From contig JBEKHC010000040.1 of the NCBI GenBank assembly GCA_050012475.1, forward strand, positions 1 through 64,000: DNA of 64,000 nt. Reading direction: 5' to 3'. The translations under genes were made by a program, and so were the position numbers. The notes below the pieces were generated by a model. The model saw only the letters and a program-made list of their open reading frames with translations, made no database searches and was not told the origin of the DNA. Each line of letters opens with the position of its first letter. The first letter of the stretch is position 1. This document shows, one piece after another, positions 29,530 to 39,759 of this stretch. This DNA comes from Candidatus Velthaea sp. GTDB taxonomy: Bacteria > Vulcanimicrobiota > Vulcanimicrobiia > Vulcanimicrobiales > Vulcanimicrobiaceae.

Positions 29530-30492
29530 TTGGCGCGCGCGCTCGGAGGAACACGTACGTTGTCTTGCTTCTCTATGCCCGTTTCAAAGGACGTCGCATC
29601 CCCGCTCGGCGCGGACGGCTGCGCGCAGGTTGTCTTCCGCACAGCTCGTCCGTCGAGCACGAACGTCCGCCGAGGATTGTTGTTCTTCGTGCTGCTCGCG
29701 GCGAGCATCGTCAGCATCGAACTCTTGACGCGAACCGCCGTCACGGGCCGACCGATTCTGATCGATGCGCTCGTCATCTTCGGCGCGGCGTTTGCATCGA
29801 GCATCGCCGGATTCGCTTTCTCTGCCTTGGCCGGCGCTGTTCTTCTTCGAGACGGCGGTTCGCCGCAGCATGCACTGCAGATCATCGTGGCCTGCAGTCT
29901 TGCCATTCAATTGCTGAGCACCGTTTCGCTGCGGCAGGCGATCCGCTGGCGGCCGCTGCGCACCTTTCTCATCGGCGGAGCGGTGGGCTTACCGGCCGGC
30001 ATCTACTTACTCGAGCACGCACCGCTGGCAGTCTACGCGCGCGGCATCGGCTTCTTCCTGCTCGGATACGGCGCGTACGTCCTTCTTTCGCGCCCGCGCG
30101 TGGTCAGCATCGGTCCGCGATCCGCTGCCGCAGTCGACATCGTGTCGGGCATGCTCGGCGGGATAACCGGCGGACTCGCCGGGTTTCCGGGTGCATTCGT
30201 GACGATTTGGTGCAGCCTCCGCGGCTGGGACAAAGCGCGCCAGCGCGCGCTATTTCAACCATACATCGCGATCATGCAAGTAGCAACGCTAACGCTGCTG
30301 TTCACGGCCGCCCGGGCGGCCGGGCGCCCTGCTGCGCTTTCCGATTTCACCGCGTTGGCCTTCGTTCCCATCGCCCTGTGTGGGGCATATCTCGGATTGA
30401 CCGTCTTCGCGCGGCTTTCCGATCGACAGTTCTCGCGTATTCTCGCGCTCCTGCTCGTCGCTTCCGGCATGAACCTCGCTGGTCTCCTGTGA
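29530..30492 (+). CDS. TauE/SafE-family membrane exporter (start uncertain)
   Basis: SSIAGFAFS, GGAVGLPAG, GGITGGLAGFPG; about 8-9 TM. Confidence 0.85.
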   Translation: MARALGGTRTLSCFSMPVSKDVASPLGADGCAQVVFRTARPSSTNVRRGLLFFVLLAASIVSIELLTRTAVTGRPILIDALVIFGAAFASSIAGFAFSALAGAVLLRDGGSPQHALQIIVACSLAIQLLSTVSLRQAIRWRPLRTFLIGGAVGLPAGIYLLEHAPLAVYARGIGFFLLGYGAYVLLSRPRVVSIGPRSAAAVDIVSGMLGGITGGLAGFPGAFVTIWCSLRGWDKARQRALFQPYIAIMQVATLTLLFTAARAAGRPAALSDFTALAFVPIALCGAYLGLTVFARLSDRQFSRILALLLVASGMNLAGLL

Positions 30493-30545
30493 TTCCGGAA
30501 GGCCTGTGCCGCTCCTCGAACTTGAGGAGCGGGACACGAGATTCG

Positions 30546-31424
30546 ATGCGCACGAAGGCGATGCGCTTGATCAAGTCGCCGCTGCTCGGCCGCTACGTTT
30601 TGGATTGGCAGTGGCCGCGAACCGTTGACCGGACCACGTGGGAACAGGTTCGCATTCCCAGCGCTAGCGGTGCGTCCTTGGCCGCTCTGTATGGTGGCGC
30701 TTGCGGCAAACGCATCGGCGTCGTGGTCTGCGCCCATCCGCTCCGACGGGATGCGAAAGGCTTCTTTTTGCGCACCGGGCGCGCGGGACTCCTGCGTCGC
30801 AACGGATACGATACGCTCCTCTTTGATTTCAACGGCTTCGGTTCCAGCTCGCCCGGCGGCTTGAACTATGTCGACGACGTCTTGGCGGCTGCGCGATACG
30901 CACGCGGGCGGGCCGGAACGCTGCCCGTCCATGCTTTGGCGGTTTGCTTCGGCGCCGTCTGGGCGCTATGCGCAGCGGCGGAGCAACGTCCGTTCGACGC
31001 AATTGTCGCGGAGGCCCCGCTTACAACCTTGCACGAGTATTACGCCGGCAAACCGTTCGCCGCTGCGTTCTTGCGGCTGCTGTGGCGACTCTTTCCCAAG
31101 ACCGCCGCAAAAGCTACCCCGCTTGACGCGGTGGCCAATTTGAGCGGATCGCCGCGTTTGCTTCTCATCGGTGGGGTCGAGGACCACGTTGCGCCGATGG
31201 ACATGTGCCGGCGATTGTACGAAGCCTGTTCGCTGCAAACGGCTGCGCCAGCGGTTTGGTATGTCGAAGGCGCGCAGCACTTGCGCGCCTTCGAGACTGC
31301 GCCGCTTCAGTACGAAGCGCGGGTGGTGGACTTTCTTGGCGCGTCCCGCGATGGCCGCAGTCGACCCAGGAGCACAGCGAGCGCTGCGATCGGCCCGCAG
31401 GTCCTTTCATGCGGCTCGAGCTGA
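30546..31424 (+). CDS. Alpha/beta hydrolase with Cys at the nucleophile position
   Basis: FDFNGFGSS, AVCFG elbow, GVEDHVAP, EGAQH; GAGGAG upstream. Confidence 0.8.
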   Translation: MRTKAMRLIKSPLLGRYVLDWQWPRTVDRTTWEQVRIPSASGASLAALYGGACGKRIGVVVCAHPLRRDAKGFFLRTGRAGLLRRNGYDTLLFDFNGFGSSSPGGLNYVDDVLAAARYARGRAGTLPVHALAVCFGAVWALCAAAEQRPFDAIVAEAPLTTLHEYYAGKPFAAAFLRLLWRLFPKTAAKATPLDAVANLSGSPRLLLIGGVEDHVAPMDMCRRLYEACSLQTAAPAVWYVEGAQHLRAFETAPLQYEARVVDFLGASRDGRSRPRSTASAAIGPQVLSCGSS

Positions 31425-31557
31425 GCCGATGGCGCATGGGTGCCGGCCCGCGTCGTGCATCGTTACGGCCGCCGCCTCACCAGAGTGAGTTCGGCGATCA
31501 TGTTCGACCGCCGCTTGCGATTCCATGAGCAGTACCGGAGCGCAGGTTTGCTTTTAA

Positions 31558-34026
31558 TCAAACCGGATCGGTCGCAAGAGCCTCGGCGATCGCGTCCTGC
31601 CGCGCCAACCCGGCACCTGCCTCGAGAAGCGCTTTGCGTTCGCTCGAGTCGAGGCGGCCTGTCAAGATCGCCGTGAGGCGCTCGTAGGTCGCTCGCTCGG
31701 TGGATCCCCGCGGAACGCTCGAAGCTTTCCGCGATGCGTCCCAATGTCCGAGCAGCCGCGCGGCGCGTGCCGCATCGCCGCCAAGCGCGTGCGCCAGTGC
31801 GACGTGGCCGATCGCATCGGCGACCCGAATCGTGACGCCTTCTCCGGATAACAATTCGAGCGCCTTGGTTCCGGCAGCTCGCGCCGCCGACGCGTCGCCC
31901 AGTACGGCGAGGTAACCGCAGAGGTTCGACTGTAGGATGCCATGCATCTCGCGGCTGTCGGGCGCGCAATTCTCAGCGTCACGTACCAGCGCGATCGCGG
32001 CAGCGGTTTGCCCCAAAGCGTGCAGGTCTTCTGCTTGGTTGAGCGTCGCCATGAGTTCGCCCGATGCGTTTCCAAGCTCGTGAAACAGCATCCGCAAATC
32101 TCCCCCGATCTCGGCCGCCAAACGCAGATTCCCCGTAAGGTGCGCGCTCCGGAGACGCAGCGCAAGCAGGTGCGCGGCTTGGTATGGTTTGGGATCGGGG
32201 CCGAACAATTCGGTCGCCTCTGCTAACGCCGTGTCAGCATCGTCTTGCCGGGCTAACTCCGCTGCCGCCATCGCACGTCGCGCGAGCGCCCAGGCGAGCA
32301 CTTCGCGATCGCCGGCCTGCCGCCCAATGGCGATCGAACGTCCGGCCACCTCAAAAGCCTTTGCCGCGTCATAGTTTACGACGAGATTGGCGATCGCACT
32401 CAGTAGCCGGCTCTGCAATCGCGGATCTGAAGGCCCGGGGATTTCGAGCGACGTCTCGAGCCAGCGAATCCCTTCAGCATTTAAACCGAGGCGGCTGAAC
32501 AATCGCGCCGCGCTGACCGCAAACGTGCCGAGTATCGACGCTTCGCCGCCGTTGAGCGCATGGCGAAGCGCCGCGCGGACATTTTCGAGCTCAAGCAAGA
32601 GCGGTGCGAAGGTCGCATCGCTCCCGGTCGCTTCAAGGACCCTTTCGGCAGCCGCGACCGCTGCATGAAAATGGGCAAGATGCCGGTCCTCCAACTCACG
32701 GCGCTCGCCCGTTGCCGCAAGCATTTCGAGCGCATACATCCGGGTCGATTCGAGCAGGCGATAGCGAGCCGCGTCGCCGTCGATCGCAACGAGGATCAGT
32801 GATTTGTCGACGAGCGAGGCCAGCAGCTCGAGGACGTCGAGTTCATCGCAGTTCGATTCACTGCATACTGCGCTTGCCGCTTCGAGCGTGAAGCCGTCGG
32901 AAAAGATCCCGACTCGGCGAAACAACTTTCGCTCGCGTTCGCTGAGGAGATCGTAGCTCCAGTCGATGAGCGCTCGCAATGTCTGCTGGCGCGGCAGCGC
33001 AGCGTAGTCGCCGCCGGAGAGGATGCGAAAGCGTTCGTCCAGCCGGTCGCGCAGATGGCCCGGGCTCAAGATCTTGATTCGGGTTGCTGCCAGCTCGATT
33101 GCAAGCGGTATCCCGTCGAGGCGGCGACAGATGTCCGCGACGATCGGCACATTTCGATCGGTCAGCACAAAACGGGATTCCGCGGCGCGCGCGCGATCGA
33201 CAAACAACGTCAGTGCTTCAAACTCCGGCGCTGCGTCGACCCTCAACCCAGCCGCGCCGGCGGAATCCGGCACCGACAGCGGCGGAACTTGGAACACCGT
33301 CTCGCCCGCAACGCCCAGCACGTGCCGGCTCGTAGCGAGCAGCGCCACGTTGGGGCAGTTGGAGAGCAATGCTCTGACGGTTCGTCCTATTGCGACGATC
33401 ACGTGCTCGCAGTTATCCAGCAGTAGCAATAGGTGTTTTCGTGCCAAAAAGGTGAGCAGACCCTCGAGCGGATCGCCGTCAGCCGGCAGTTTGCAGTGCA
33501 ACGCACTGGCGATCGCGGTCGGAACGAGCTCCTCGTCGACCAGTGATGCCAGTTCGGCGAACCACGTGCCGTCGACCATGCACTCACCGAAACCGGCCGC
33601 GACCTCTAGCGCCAGACGCGTTTTGCCGACACCGCCGGAGCCCGTGAGCGTTACCAGCCGGTTCTTCCCAACGAGCGTCCCGATCGCGGCGACTTCGGGT
33701 GCGCGACCGACGAACGACGTTAACTGGAGCGGCAGATTGCCCGACGGACCGCTGACCGGTTTGAATGTGCCACGCACGGGAACCCGTTCCGCAGTTCGGC
33801 CTGCGGCAGACTCCAGCATCGTTCGCTCCGCCGACGACAGCTCCAGGGCCGTCGCGAGAAGCGCGATGGTGTCCCGATAGGGGTTGCGGCGGGTCCCCCG
33901 TTCAAGCGCGCTGATCGTCTCAACGCTCAGCCGTGAGTGCTCCGCGAGCGCTTCCTGTGAAATCCCGGCTCGCGTTCGGTAACGCCGCAGCAGCATGCCG
34001 AACGATTGTGCGGTCGCTGACTCCAT
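31558..34026 (-). CDS. XRE-HTH + STAND/NB-ARC-type ATPase + helical sensor regulator (paralog A)
   Basis: ISQEALAE...ALERG, LTSFVGR, GSGGVGKT, LLLDNCEH, LDGIPLAIELAA. Confidence 0.92.
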   Translation of the reverse strand: MESATAQSFGMLLRRYRTRAGISQEALAEHSRLSVETISALERGTRRNPYRDTIALLATALELSSAERTMLESAAGRTAERVPVRGTFKPVSGPSGNLPLQLTSFVGRAPEVAAIGTLVGKNRLVTLTGSGGVGKTRLALEVAAGFGECMVDGTWFAELASLVDEELVPTAIASALHCKLPADGDPLEGLLTFLARKHLLLLLDNCEHVIVAIGRTVRALLSNCPNVALLATSRHVLGVAGETVFQVPPLSVPDSAGAAGLRVDAAPEFEALTLFVDRARAAESRFVLTDRNVPIVADICRRLDGIPLAIELAATRIKILSPGHLRDRLDERFRILSGGDYAALPRQQTLRALIDWSYDLLSERERKLFRRVGIFSDGFTLEAASAVCSESNCDELDVLELLASLVDKSLILVAIDGDAARYRLLESTRMYALEMLAATGERRELEDRHLAHFHAAVAAAERVLEATGSDATFAPLLLELENVRAALRHALNGGEASILGTFAVSAARLFSRLGLNAEGIRWLETSLEIPGPSDPRLQSRLLSAIANLVVNYDAAKAFEVAGRSIAIGRQAGDREVLAWALARRAMAAAELARQDDADTALAEATELFGPDPKPYQAAHLLALRLRSAHLTGNLRLAAEIGGDLRMLFHELGNASGELMATLNQAEDLHALGQTAAAIALVRDAENCAPDSREMHGILQSNLCGYLAVLGDASAARAAGTKALELLSGEGVTIRVADAIGHVALAHALGGDAARAARLLGHWDASRKASSVPRGSTERATYERLTAILTGRLDSSERKALLEAGAGLARQDAIAEALATDPV

Positions 34027-34086
34027 TTTTCACGCCTCACTCGGCTGCATCAGGCGACGTTTCGACTGCGCGCCGGGCGGAACTTT

Positions 34087-36549
34087 CTACGGTCTAGCTG
34101 CCGCGACGGAACGTGCCTCTGCAATGGCCTCGCTAAGTGAGAAGCGCGAACCAGCTTCCAAAAGCCCGGCACGGTCGGCGGGATTCAAGTGCTGTGCCAA
34201 TAATACGGTAAGCCGCTCATGTGTCACGCGTTCGGTGAACTCGTGCTTCACGCCAAGTGCGTTCGATGAGGTGACCCAATACCCGAACAAACGTGCGGCG
34301 CGCTGCACATCGCCGGCCAGCGCGTGACCGAGGGCGAGGTGTCCGATCGCCATTGCGGTCGGTCCGCGGCCCATCGTCTGCACAACCTCGAGTGCCTCGA
34401 TTCCGGTCTCGAGAGCCGCACGCACGTGCCCGGCAGCAGCCGAATATGCGGTGAGGTTCGTTAACAGCGTGCCGTGGACCGAACGATCTGCGCTCGAGCG
34501 GCTCATCGTTTTGCGCACCAATGCGATGGCCGCTTCGGTATCACCCAATGCGTGCAATATCTCCGCGTGGTTCGTCGCAGTGCGCAGTGCACCAGCCTCG
34601 CTTCCAATGCGCAGATAGAGTTCAAGCAGTTCGGCGCTGATCCGCAACGCAGGCTCGAGGTCGCCGAAGACGCAAGCATCATGAAGCTGTACGTCCAAAA
34701 CGTGCGCGCGTTGGTGCGGCGGCGGATCGGGGCCGAGCAGTACCTGCGCTTCAGCCAGCGCCGATTCGGCAGACGCCCGCGCGCCGGTGTCGACGGCGGC
34801 AGCGGCATACTGCATGAGCGACCAGGCGATAAGCTCAGAATCGCCGGCCGAACGCGCCAATTCAACGGAACGCGCCGCTGCATCGAACGACCGCGCTCCG
34901 CCGGTGTTGCCGGAGAGATACGCGATGCTGCCCCAGATCCGGCTCTGCAGTCGCGCATCATCCGGGCGGACGGATTGCAAAGCGCTTTCGAGCCAATGCA
35001 TTCCCTCGAGCTTCAAACCGGCGCGGCTGAACAGTCGCGCCGCGGCGACCGCCAGCGACCCGCAGTCGCCGGCCGACGCTGCCGCGTTGCTCAATGCGAC
35101 GCGCACGTTCGGCAAGTCAGGGACGAGTCCGTCGTATCCGGCATCGCTTCCGTGCGATTCGTACGCTTGCTCGGCTGCGATCACCAGCGATGAGAAGTAC
35201 GCGGCGTGCCGAACCTCGATGCGTTCGCGCTCGCCGTGCGCCGCGAGTTTCTCGAGCGCATACAGACGCGTGGATTCGAACAGACGATAACGCGTGCGCT
35301 CATCCGTTCCGCCGGCGAGGACGAGCGATTTATCGACGAGCGAAGCGAGCACCTCGAGCACGTCGAGTTCATCGTCGTTTGGATCGCCGCAGACGGCATG
35401 CGCCGCTTCGAGCGTAAAATATCCTTCAGCGAAGATGCTCACCCGCCGAAACAGTTCGCGCTCGCATTCGTCGAGCAGATCGTAGCTCCAGTCGATGAGC
35501 GCCCGCAACGTCTGCCGGCGCGGCAGTGCAACGCTCCCGTCATTGAAGATGCGAAAGCGCTGATCGAGCCGCGCCCGCAGGTCGCTCGGGTTAAGGAAGC
35601 TCACGCGGGCGGCAGCCAGTTCGATTGCAAACGGGATCCCGTCGAGCCGGCGGCAGATGTCCGCGACGATCGGCACCGTCTGCTCGGTCAGCGCAAAATC
35701 GGCTCGCGCTGACCGAGCCCGCTCGATGAAGAGTTTGAGCGCCTCATTCTCCAGTGCTGCGCCAGGCGACAATCGGGCCGCCGTTTCGCGGTCGGGTAGG
35801 CGAAGCGGAGCAATGCGATACGTCATCTCGCCGCCGACGGCGAGGACTTGGCGGCTCGTCGCGAGCACCCGCAGTTGCGGACAGGCAAGGAGCAGCGCCC
35901 GGATGTCCGTGCGCACCGGAGCGATCAGATGTTCGCAATTGTCGAGCACGAGCAAAAGATTGCGCTGCTCGAGCAAATCGAAGAGCGCTCGTTGGGGGTC
36001 GCCTTGCGCCGGTAACCTCGAACGGAGTGCCCGCGCAATTGCATGGGCGATGAGCTGCGGATCGGTGAGCGACTCGAGATCGACCCACCATGCGCCGTCG
36101 CGGAACGTCTGCGCCAAGCGGGACGCAACTTCCAGCGCCAGCCGCGTCTTGCCCACCCCGCCGGGTCCCGTCAACGTCACCAAGCGAGCCGTTTGCAGTA
36201 ACGCGATGATGGCGTCGATATCCGGTTCCCGCCCGACGAACGACGTGAGGGCGACCGGCAAATTAGCGCCTTCATCGTCGATGTTTCGTATCGAGGGCCG
36301 AACCGCGGTCTTCTTGCGCGTGCGGCGCGCGGCGAGCTCGAGTGTGGCTCGCTCGGCCGGCGAGAGCGCCAGCGCGTCTGCCAACATCGCCACCGTCTCG
36401 CGATAAGGACTGCGACGGCTTCCGCGCTCGAGCGCGCTGATCGTTTCGACGCTCAGCCGTGACTCATCAGCCAACGTCTCCTGCGAGACGCGAGCACGGC
36501 TCCGAAAACGTCGCAGCAGGCTGCCAAAAGAATGCGCGGTCGTGTCCAT
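34087..36549 (-). CDS. XRE-HTH + STAND/NB-ARC-type ATPase + helical sensor regulator (paralog B)
   Basis: Same motifs (GPGGVGKT, VLDNCEH); collinear with paralog A. Confidence 0.92.
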   Translation of the reverse strand: MDTTAHSFGSLLRRFRSRARVSQETLADESRLSVETISALERGSRRSPYRETVAMLADALALSPAERATLELAARRTRKKTAVRPSIRNIDDEGANLPVALTSFVGREPDIDAIIALLQTARLVTLTGPGGVGKTRLALEVASRLAQTFRDGAWWVDLESLTDPQLIAHAIARALRSRLPAQGDPQRALFDLLEQRNLLLVLDNCEHLIAPVRTDIRALLLACPQLRVLATSRQVLAVGGEMTYRIAPLRLPDRETAARLSPGAALENEALKLFIERARSARADFALTEQTVPIVADICRRLDGIPFAIELAAARVSFLNPSDLRARLDQRFRIFNDGSVALPRRQTLRALIDWSYDLLDECERELFRRVSIFAEGYFTLEAAHAVCGDPNDDELDVLEVLASLVDKSLVLAGGTDERTRYRLFESTRLYALEKLAAHGERERIEVRHAAYFSSLVIAAEQAYESHGSDAGYDGLVPDLPNVRVALSNAAASAGDCGSLAVAAARLFSRAGLKLEGMHWLESALQSVRPDDARLQSRIWGSIAYLSGNTGGARSFDAAARSVELARSAGDSELIAWSLMQYAAAAVDTGARASAESALAEAQVLLGPDPPPHQRAHVLDVQLHDACVFGDLEPALRISAELLELYLRIGSEAGALRTATNHAEILHALGDTEAAIALVRKTMSRSSADRSVHGTLLTNLTAYSAAAGHVRAALETGIEALEVVQTMGRGPTAMAIGHLALGHALAGDVQRAARLFGYWVTSSNALGVKHEFTERVTHERLTVLLAQHLNPADRAGLLEAGSRFSLSEAIAEARSVAAARP

Positions 36550-36751
36550 TTCCAAATTCCGCGAATGCAGTGAAAACGGTGCGCCTCGACTGTACGAGCC
36601 GCCCTCACGAGGCTCCCTCCCCGGTCCTGCTCGATATAGAATCAGCCCGGCATCTCGGACGCGTTTCTAGCGCTCGCCGATTGCGCTGGTCAGAGCCGAC
36701 AAAGCGAGCCGTTGCCCGCAGTGATCGATGCCGGCTTGCCGGCGGGCGGCA

Positions 36752-36781
36752 TATAATAAGGTAACCTTTGCAGTTTACCTT
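36752..36781 (+). promoter_or_regulatory. -10 element and probable MarR operator
   Basis: TATAAT 36752 followed by inverted repeat AAGGTAA-N10-TTACCTT (36758-36781). Confidence 0.6.
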
Positions 36782-36802
36782 CAGATCTGGTAGACTGAGT
36801 TC

Positions 36803-37255
36803 ATGCGGAAGCGGTCCCACGATCTCGACGATGCAGGCACGTCGTCCTTGGCAAGCGAGCTGCGTTCCGTCATCGGAAAACTCAAACGCCGAATGCGCGA
36901 ACAGGCCAATCTCGGCGATCTCACGTGGTCGCAACTCTCGGTTCTGCGACGTTTGGAGCGCGATGGTCCGGCAACGATGAGCACGCTGGCGCGCGCTGAA
37001 GGAATGCGCCCGCAGTCGATGAGCGCGAACGTCTCGGCTCTCGAGGCGGCCGGGATGATAAGCGGAGCACCTGATCCAAACGACGGGCGTCAGACCATTC
37101 TCTGCGTCACCTCCGCCTGCCGCGAATGGATCGAGGCGACCCGCGCGGCCCGGGAGGACTGGCTACTCGGCGCCATTCGAGAGCATCTGTCGCCGTCCGA
37201 GCAAACACAGCTCGCCAGCGCACTGGCGCTGCTCAAACGCATCGCCGACGCTTGA
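36803..37255 (+). CDS. MarR family regulator
   Basis: LTWSQLSVL, LARAEGMRPQSMS, DPNDGRQ. Confidence 0.92.
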   Translation: MRKRSHDLDDAGTSSLASELRSVIGKLKRRMREQANLGDLTWSQLSVLRRLERDGPATMSTLARAEGMRPQSMSANVSALEAAGMISGAPDPNDGRQTILCVTSACREWIEATRAAREDWLLGAIREHLSPSEQTQLASALALLKRIADA

Positions 37256-37350
37256 ACATGTTTCCGCTCGTCTCGCTCCGTATGCTCGTTGCGCGCGCGA
37301 TCGCGCACGAGCGAATCGACGGCGCCGTACGCAAAGGTGCGTGATCCGTT

Positions 37351-38601
37351 GTGACAGGCACGTTTCGTTCACTCGGCACCTTTAACTATCGGATATGGGC
37401 CGGCGGAGCATTTGTCTCAAACATCGGAACGTGGATGCAGCGCATCGCCCAGGACTGGCTCGTTCTCACCCAACTGACGCACCGGAACGCTACGGCGGTG
37501 GGCATCGTCATGGCGCTCCAATTCGGACCGTGTGTTTTGCTGCTGCCCTGGAGCGGTTTTGCAGCCGATCATCTCGACCGCCGCAAGCTGCTGTTCGCTA
37601 CGCAGTCGGCGATGGGAGCACTGGCGCTGGGGCTCGGTGTCCTCACGGTCACCGGATTGGTGCAGTTATGGCACGTCTATGTATTCGCATTTCTGCTCGG
37701 ATGCGTGACGGCGTTCGATACGCCGGCGCGTCAGACGTTCGTTTCGGAACTCGTTGGAGAAGTTGACATCTCGAACGCGGTAGCGCTCAATTCAACGTCG
37801 TTCAATGCCGCGCGGATGGTCGGCCCCGCTGTGGCCGGGGTCCTGATTGCGTCGGTGGGCACCGGGTCCGCGTTCCTCATCAACGCTGGTTCCTTTGGAG
37901 CAGTTCTCTGTTCGCTGGCTCTCTTGCGCGCAAATGAGCTTCATACGAGCGGGAAAGCGCCTCGAACCCCGGGCAGCCTAGGCCAAGGTTTTCGCTATGT
38001 TTCGCGGCGACCCGATCTCAAGGCGATTCTGCTGATGCTGTTCCTTATCGGCACGTTCGGACTCAACTTTCCGATCTTCATCTCGACAATGTCCGTCATG
38101 GTCTTTCACGCCGGAGCGGGCCGGTACGGCCTGCTTACCTCGATCATGGCGATCGGAACGGTTGCCGGTGCGCTCCTCGCAGCAACGCGCGAGAAACTCC
38201 AAACCGGTATACTCTTCTGCAGCGCGGCGTTGTTCGGGATCGGCTGCGCGTTAGCGGCGTTGATGCCGAACTACTGGCTGTTCGGACTCATGCTGGTCAT
38301 CATCGGTCTGTCCGCGCAAACCTTCACCACCACTGCGAACAGTACGGTGCAGCTCACGATCGAGCCGATCATGCGCGGGCGCGTCATGGCGATCTTCTTC
38401 ACGATCGCCATGGGCGGCACACCAATCGGTGCCCCGATCGTGGGCTACGTGGCTGATACATTCGGTCCGCGCTGGGCGCTCGGCGTTGGTGCCGGCGCGG
38501 GCTTCGGCGCAGCGCTGGTCGGACTCTACTACCTCGCGAAATATCGCCATTTGCGTGTGCGCATCGATGCCGGACGCCTTCGCTTCAGTACGACGGTTTG
38601 A
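37351..38601 (+). CDS. MFS transporter (EntS/MFS_3-like)
   Basis: VSNIGTWMQRIAQDWLV, NAVALNS..FNAAR, MRGRVM. Confidence 0.92.
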   Translation: MTGTFRSLGTFNYRIWAGGAFVSNIGTWMQRIAQDWLVLTQLTHRNATAVGIVMALQFGPCVLLLPWSGFAADHLDRRKLLFATQSAMGALALGLGVLTVTGLVQLWHVYVFAFLLGCVTAFDTPARQTFVSELVGEVDISNAVALNSTSFNAARMVGPAVAGVLIASVGTGSAFLINAGSFGAVLCSLALLRANELHTSGKAPRTPGSLGQGFRYVSRRPDLKAILLMLFLIGTFGLNFPIFISTMSVMVFHAGAGRYGLLTSIMAIGTVAGALLAATREKLQTGILFCSAALFGIGCALAALMPNYWLFGLMLVIIGLSAQTFTTTANSTVQLTIEPIMRGRVMAIFFTIAMGGTPIGAPIVGYVADTFGPRWALGVGAGAGFGAALVGLYYLAKYRHLRVRIDAGRLRFSTTV

Positions 38602-39056
38602 TTCGGCAACGATTGCTTCGCGGCGCTTCAGTTGCCCGATCGCGTCGACTCGACAGCAACGGTACGCCGCCAACCTTCAGACGCATCATGGTCGGAACGC
38701 CCGGCGGCCGCCGCCCTCTTCCGAACGACATCTCCTCGCCCGACTCACCGGAAAGAGCTCTGGGGTTTGCTGTTTCCTTCAGCAGAACGAGATCAAACTC
38801 GCCGGAGCCGACATTCAAGCATTTCGCGTCGCCAGGACACACTGCGCTGGCGCTGATCTGCCGAAGAGTGACATTTCAGTTAGCTCGTTTGGCCTAGTCG
38901 CCTTGTGGCCCTACTCGAGCGATAAAACATTTTCCGGAGGTGGCGTCGCCCTAAAAATGTGCAAATTCCGCGAATGGTCTCTTACTAGGCAAGAGATTCA
39001 CCGCATGCACACTTGTTTTTCATGAATTCTGCACACGGCGGCGGCACGTTCGTGAT

Positions 39057-39686
39057 ATGAAGAAATGTGTAGCAGCGTGCATTGCTGCGGTGGTTCTGAC
39101 CTTTATCGCACCTTCACAAGTACGTGCCGATGACGGAAATTGGTTTGTGCGCCTGCGTCTGTTAGATCTGGCGCCGGCGAACCAATCCAACGCCATTCCC
39201 GCACTGGGTGTGCCGGCGAACGCGATCACGATCGACAATAAGGTTTTACCGGACCTGGATATCTCGTACTTCTTACGACCGAACATCTCCGCGGAGCTCG
39301 TCCTAACATACCCGCAGAAGCAATCCGTGTTTTTGAGCGGGACGAAAATCGGAACCTTCGAGCATCTGCCGCCATCATTGCTGCTGCAGTACCATTTCTC
39401 CCCGGGTGCCTTGGTGAACCCGTATATTGGGGCCGGCATCAACTACACGCTCATCTACGGAACCAGCATCAACGTCCCCGGCGTCGGTCCATTGGGGCTT
39501 TCGCACTCGAGCGTGGGGTCAGCGCTTCAATTCGGCGCTGACGTCAAGCTGATCCGCAGCTATTACCTGAACGTGGACGTCAAGGACATCGGTCTATCGT
39601 CGGACGTGACGTCGGGCGGTGCGAAGGTCAGCCGCGTCGGAATCAATCCCTGGCTGTTTGGTATCGGCCTCGGCCACCGGTTCTAA
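39057..39686 (+). CDS. ompW: OmpW family outer-membrane beta-barrel
   Basis: Signal peptide, ELVLTYP, HLPPSLLLQYHF, PYIGAGINYT, terminal GHRF. Confidence 0.88.
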   Translation: MKKCVAACIAAVVLTFIAPSQVRADDGNWFVRLRLLDLAPANQSNAIPALGVPANAITIDNKVLPDLDISYFLRPNISAELVLTYPQKQSVFLSGTKIGTFEHLPPSLLLQYHFSPGALVNPYIGAGINYTLIYGTSINVPGVGPLGLSHSSVGSALQFGADVKLIRSYYLNVDVKDIGLSSDVTSGGAKVSRVGINPWLFGIGLGHRF

Positions 39687-39759
39687 CCCGAGTCGTAGGA
39701 GCACTGACGGTCGCGCAGAGCTTGCGGTTCCGCGCGACCGTAACATTCGAACGCGAACG

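Noticed and set aside
29565..30545. 619-aa ORF or long overlapping gene
   Set aside because: The N-terminal part is an Arg-rich alternate frame of the TauE gene; the hydrolase starts at ~30546.
31558..36549. Avs/NLR-like anti-phage system
   Set aside because: The N-terminus is an XRE HTH, not a nuclease, TIR or SIR2 effector; the architecture fits common ATPase-type transcription regulators.
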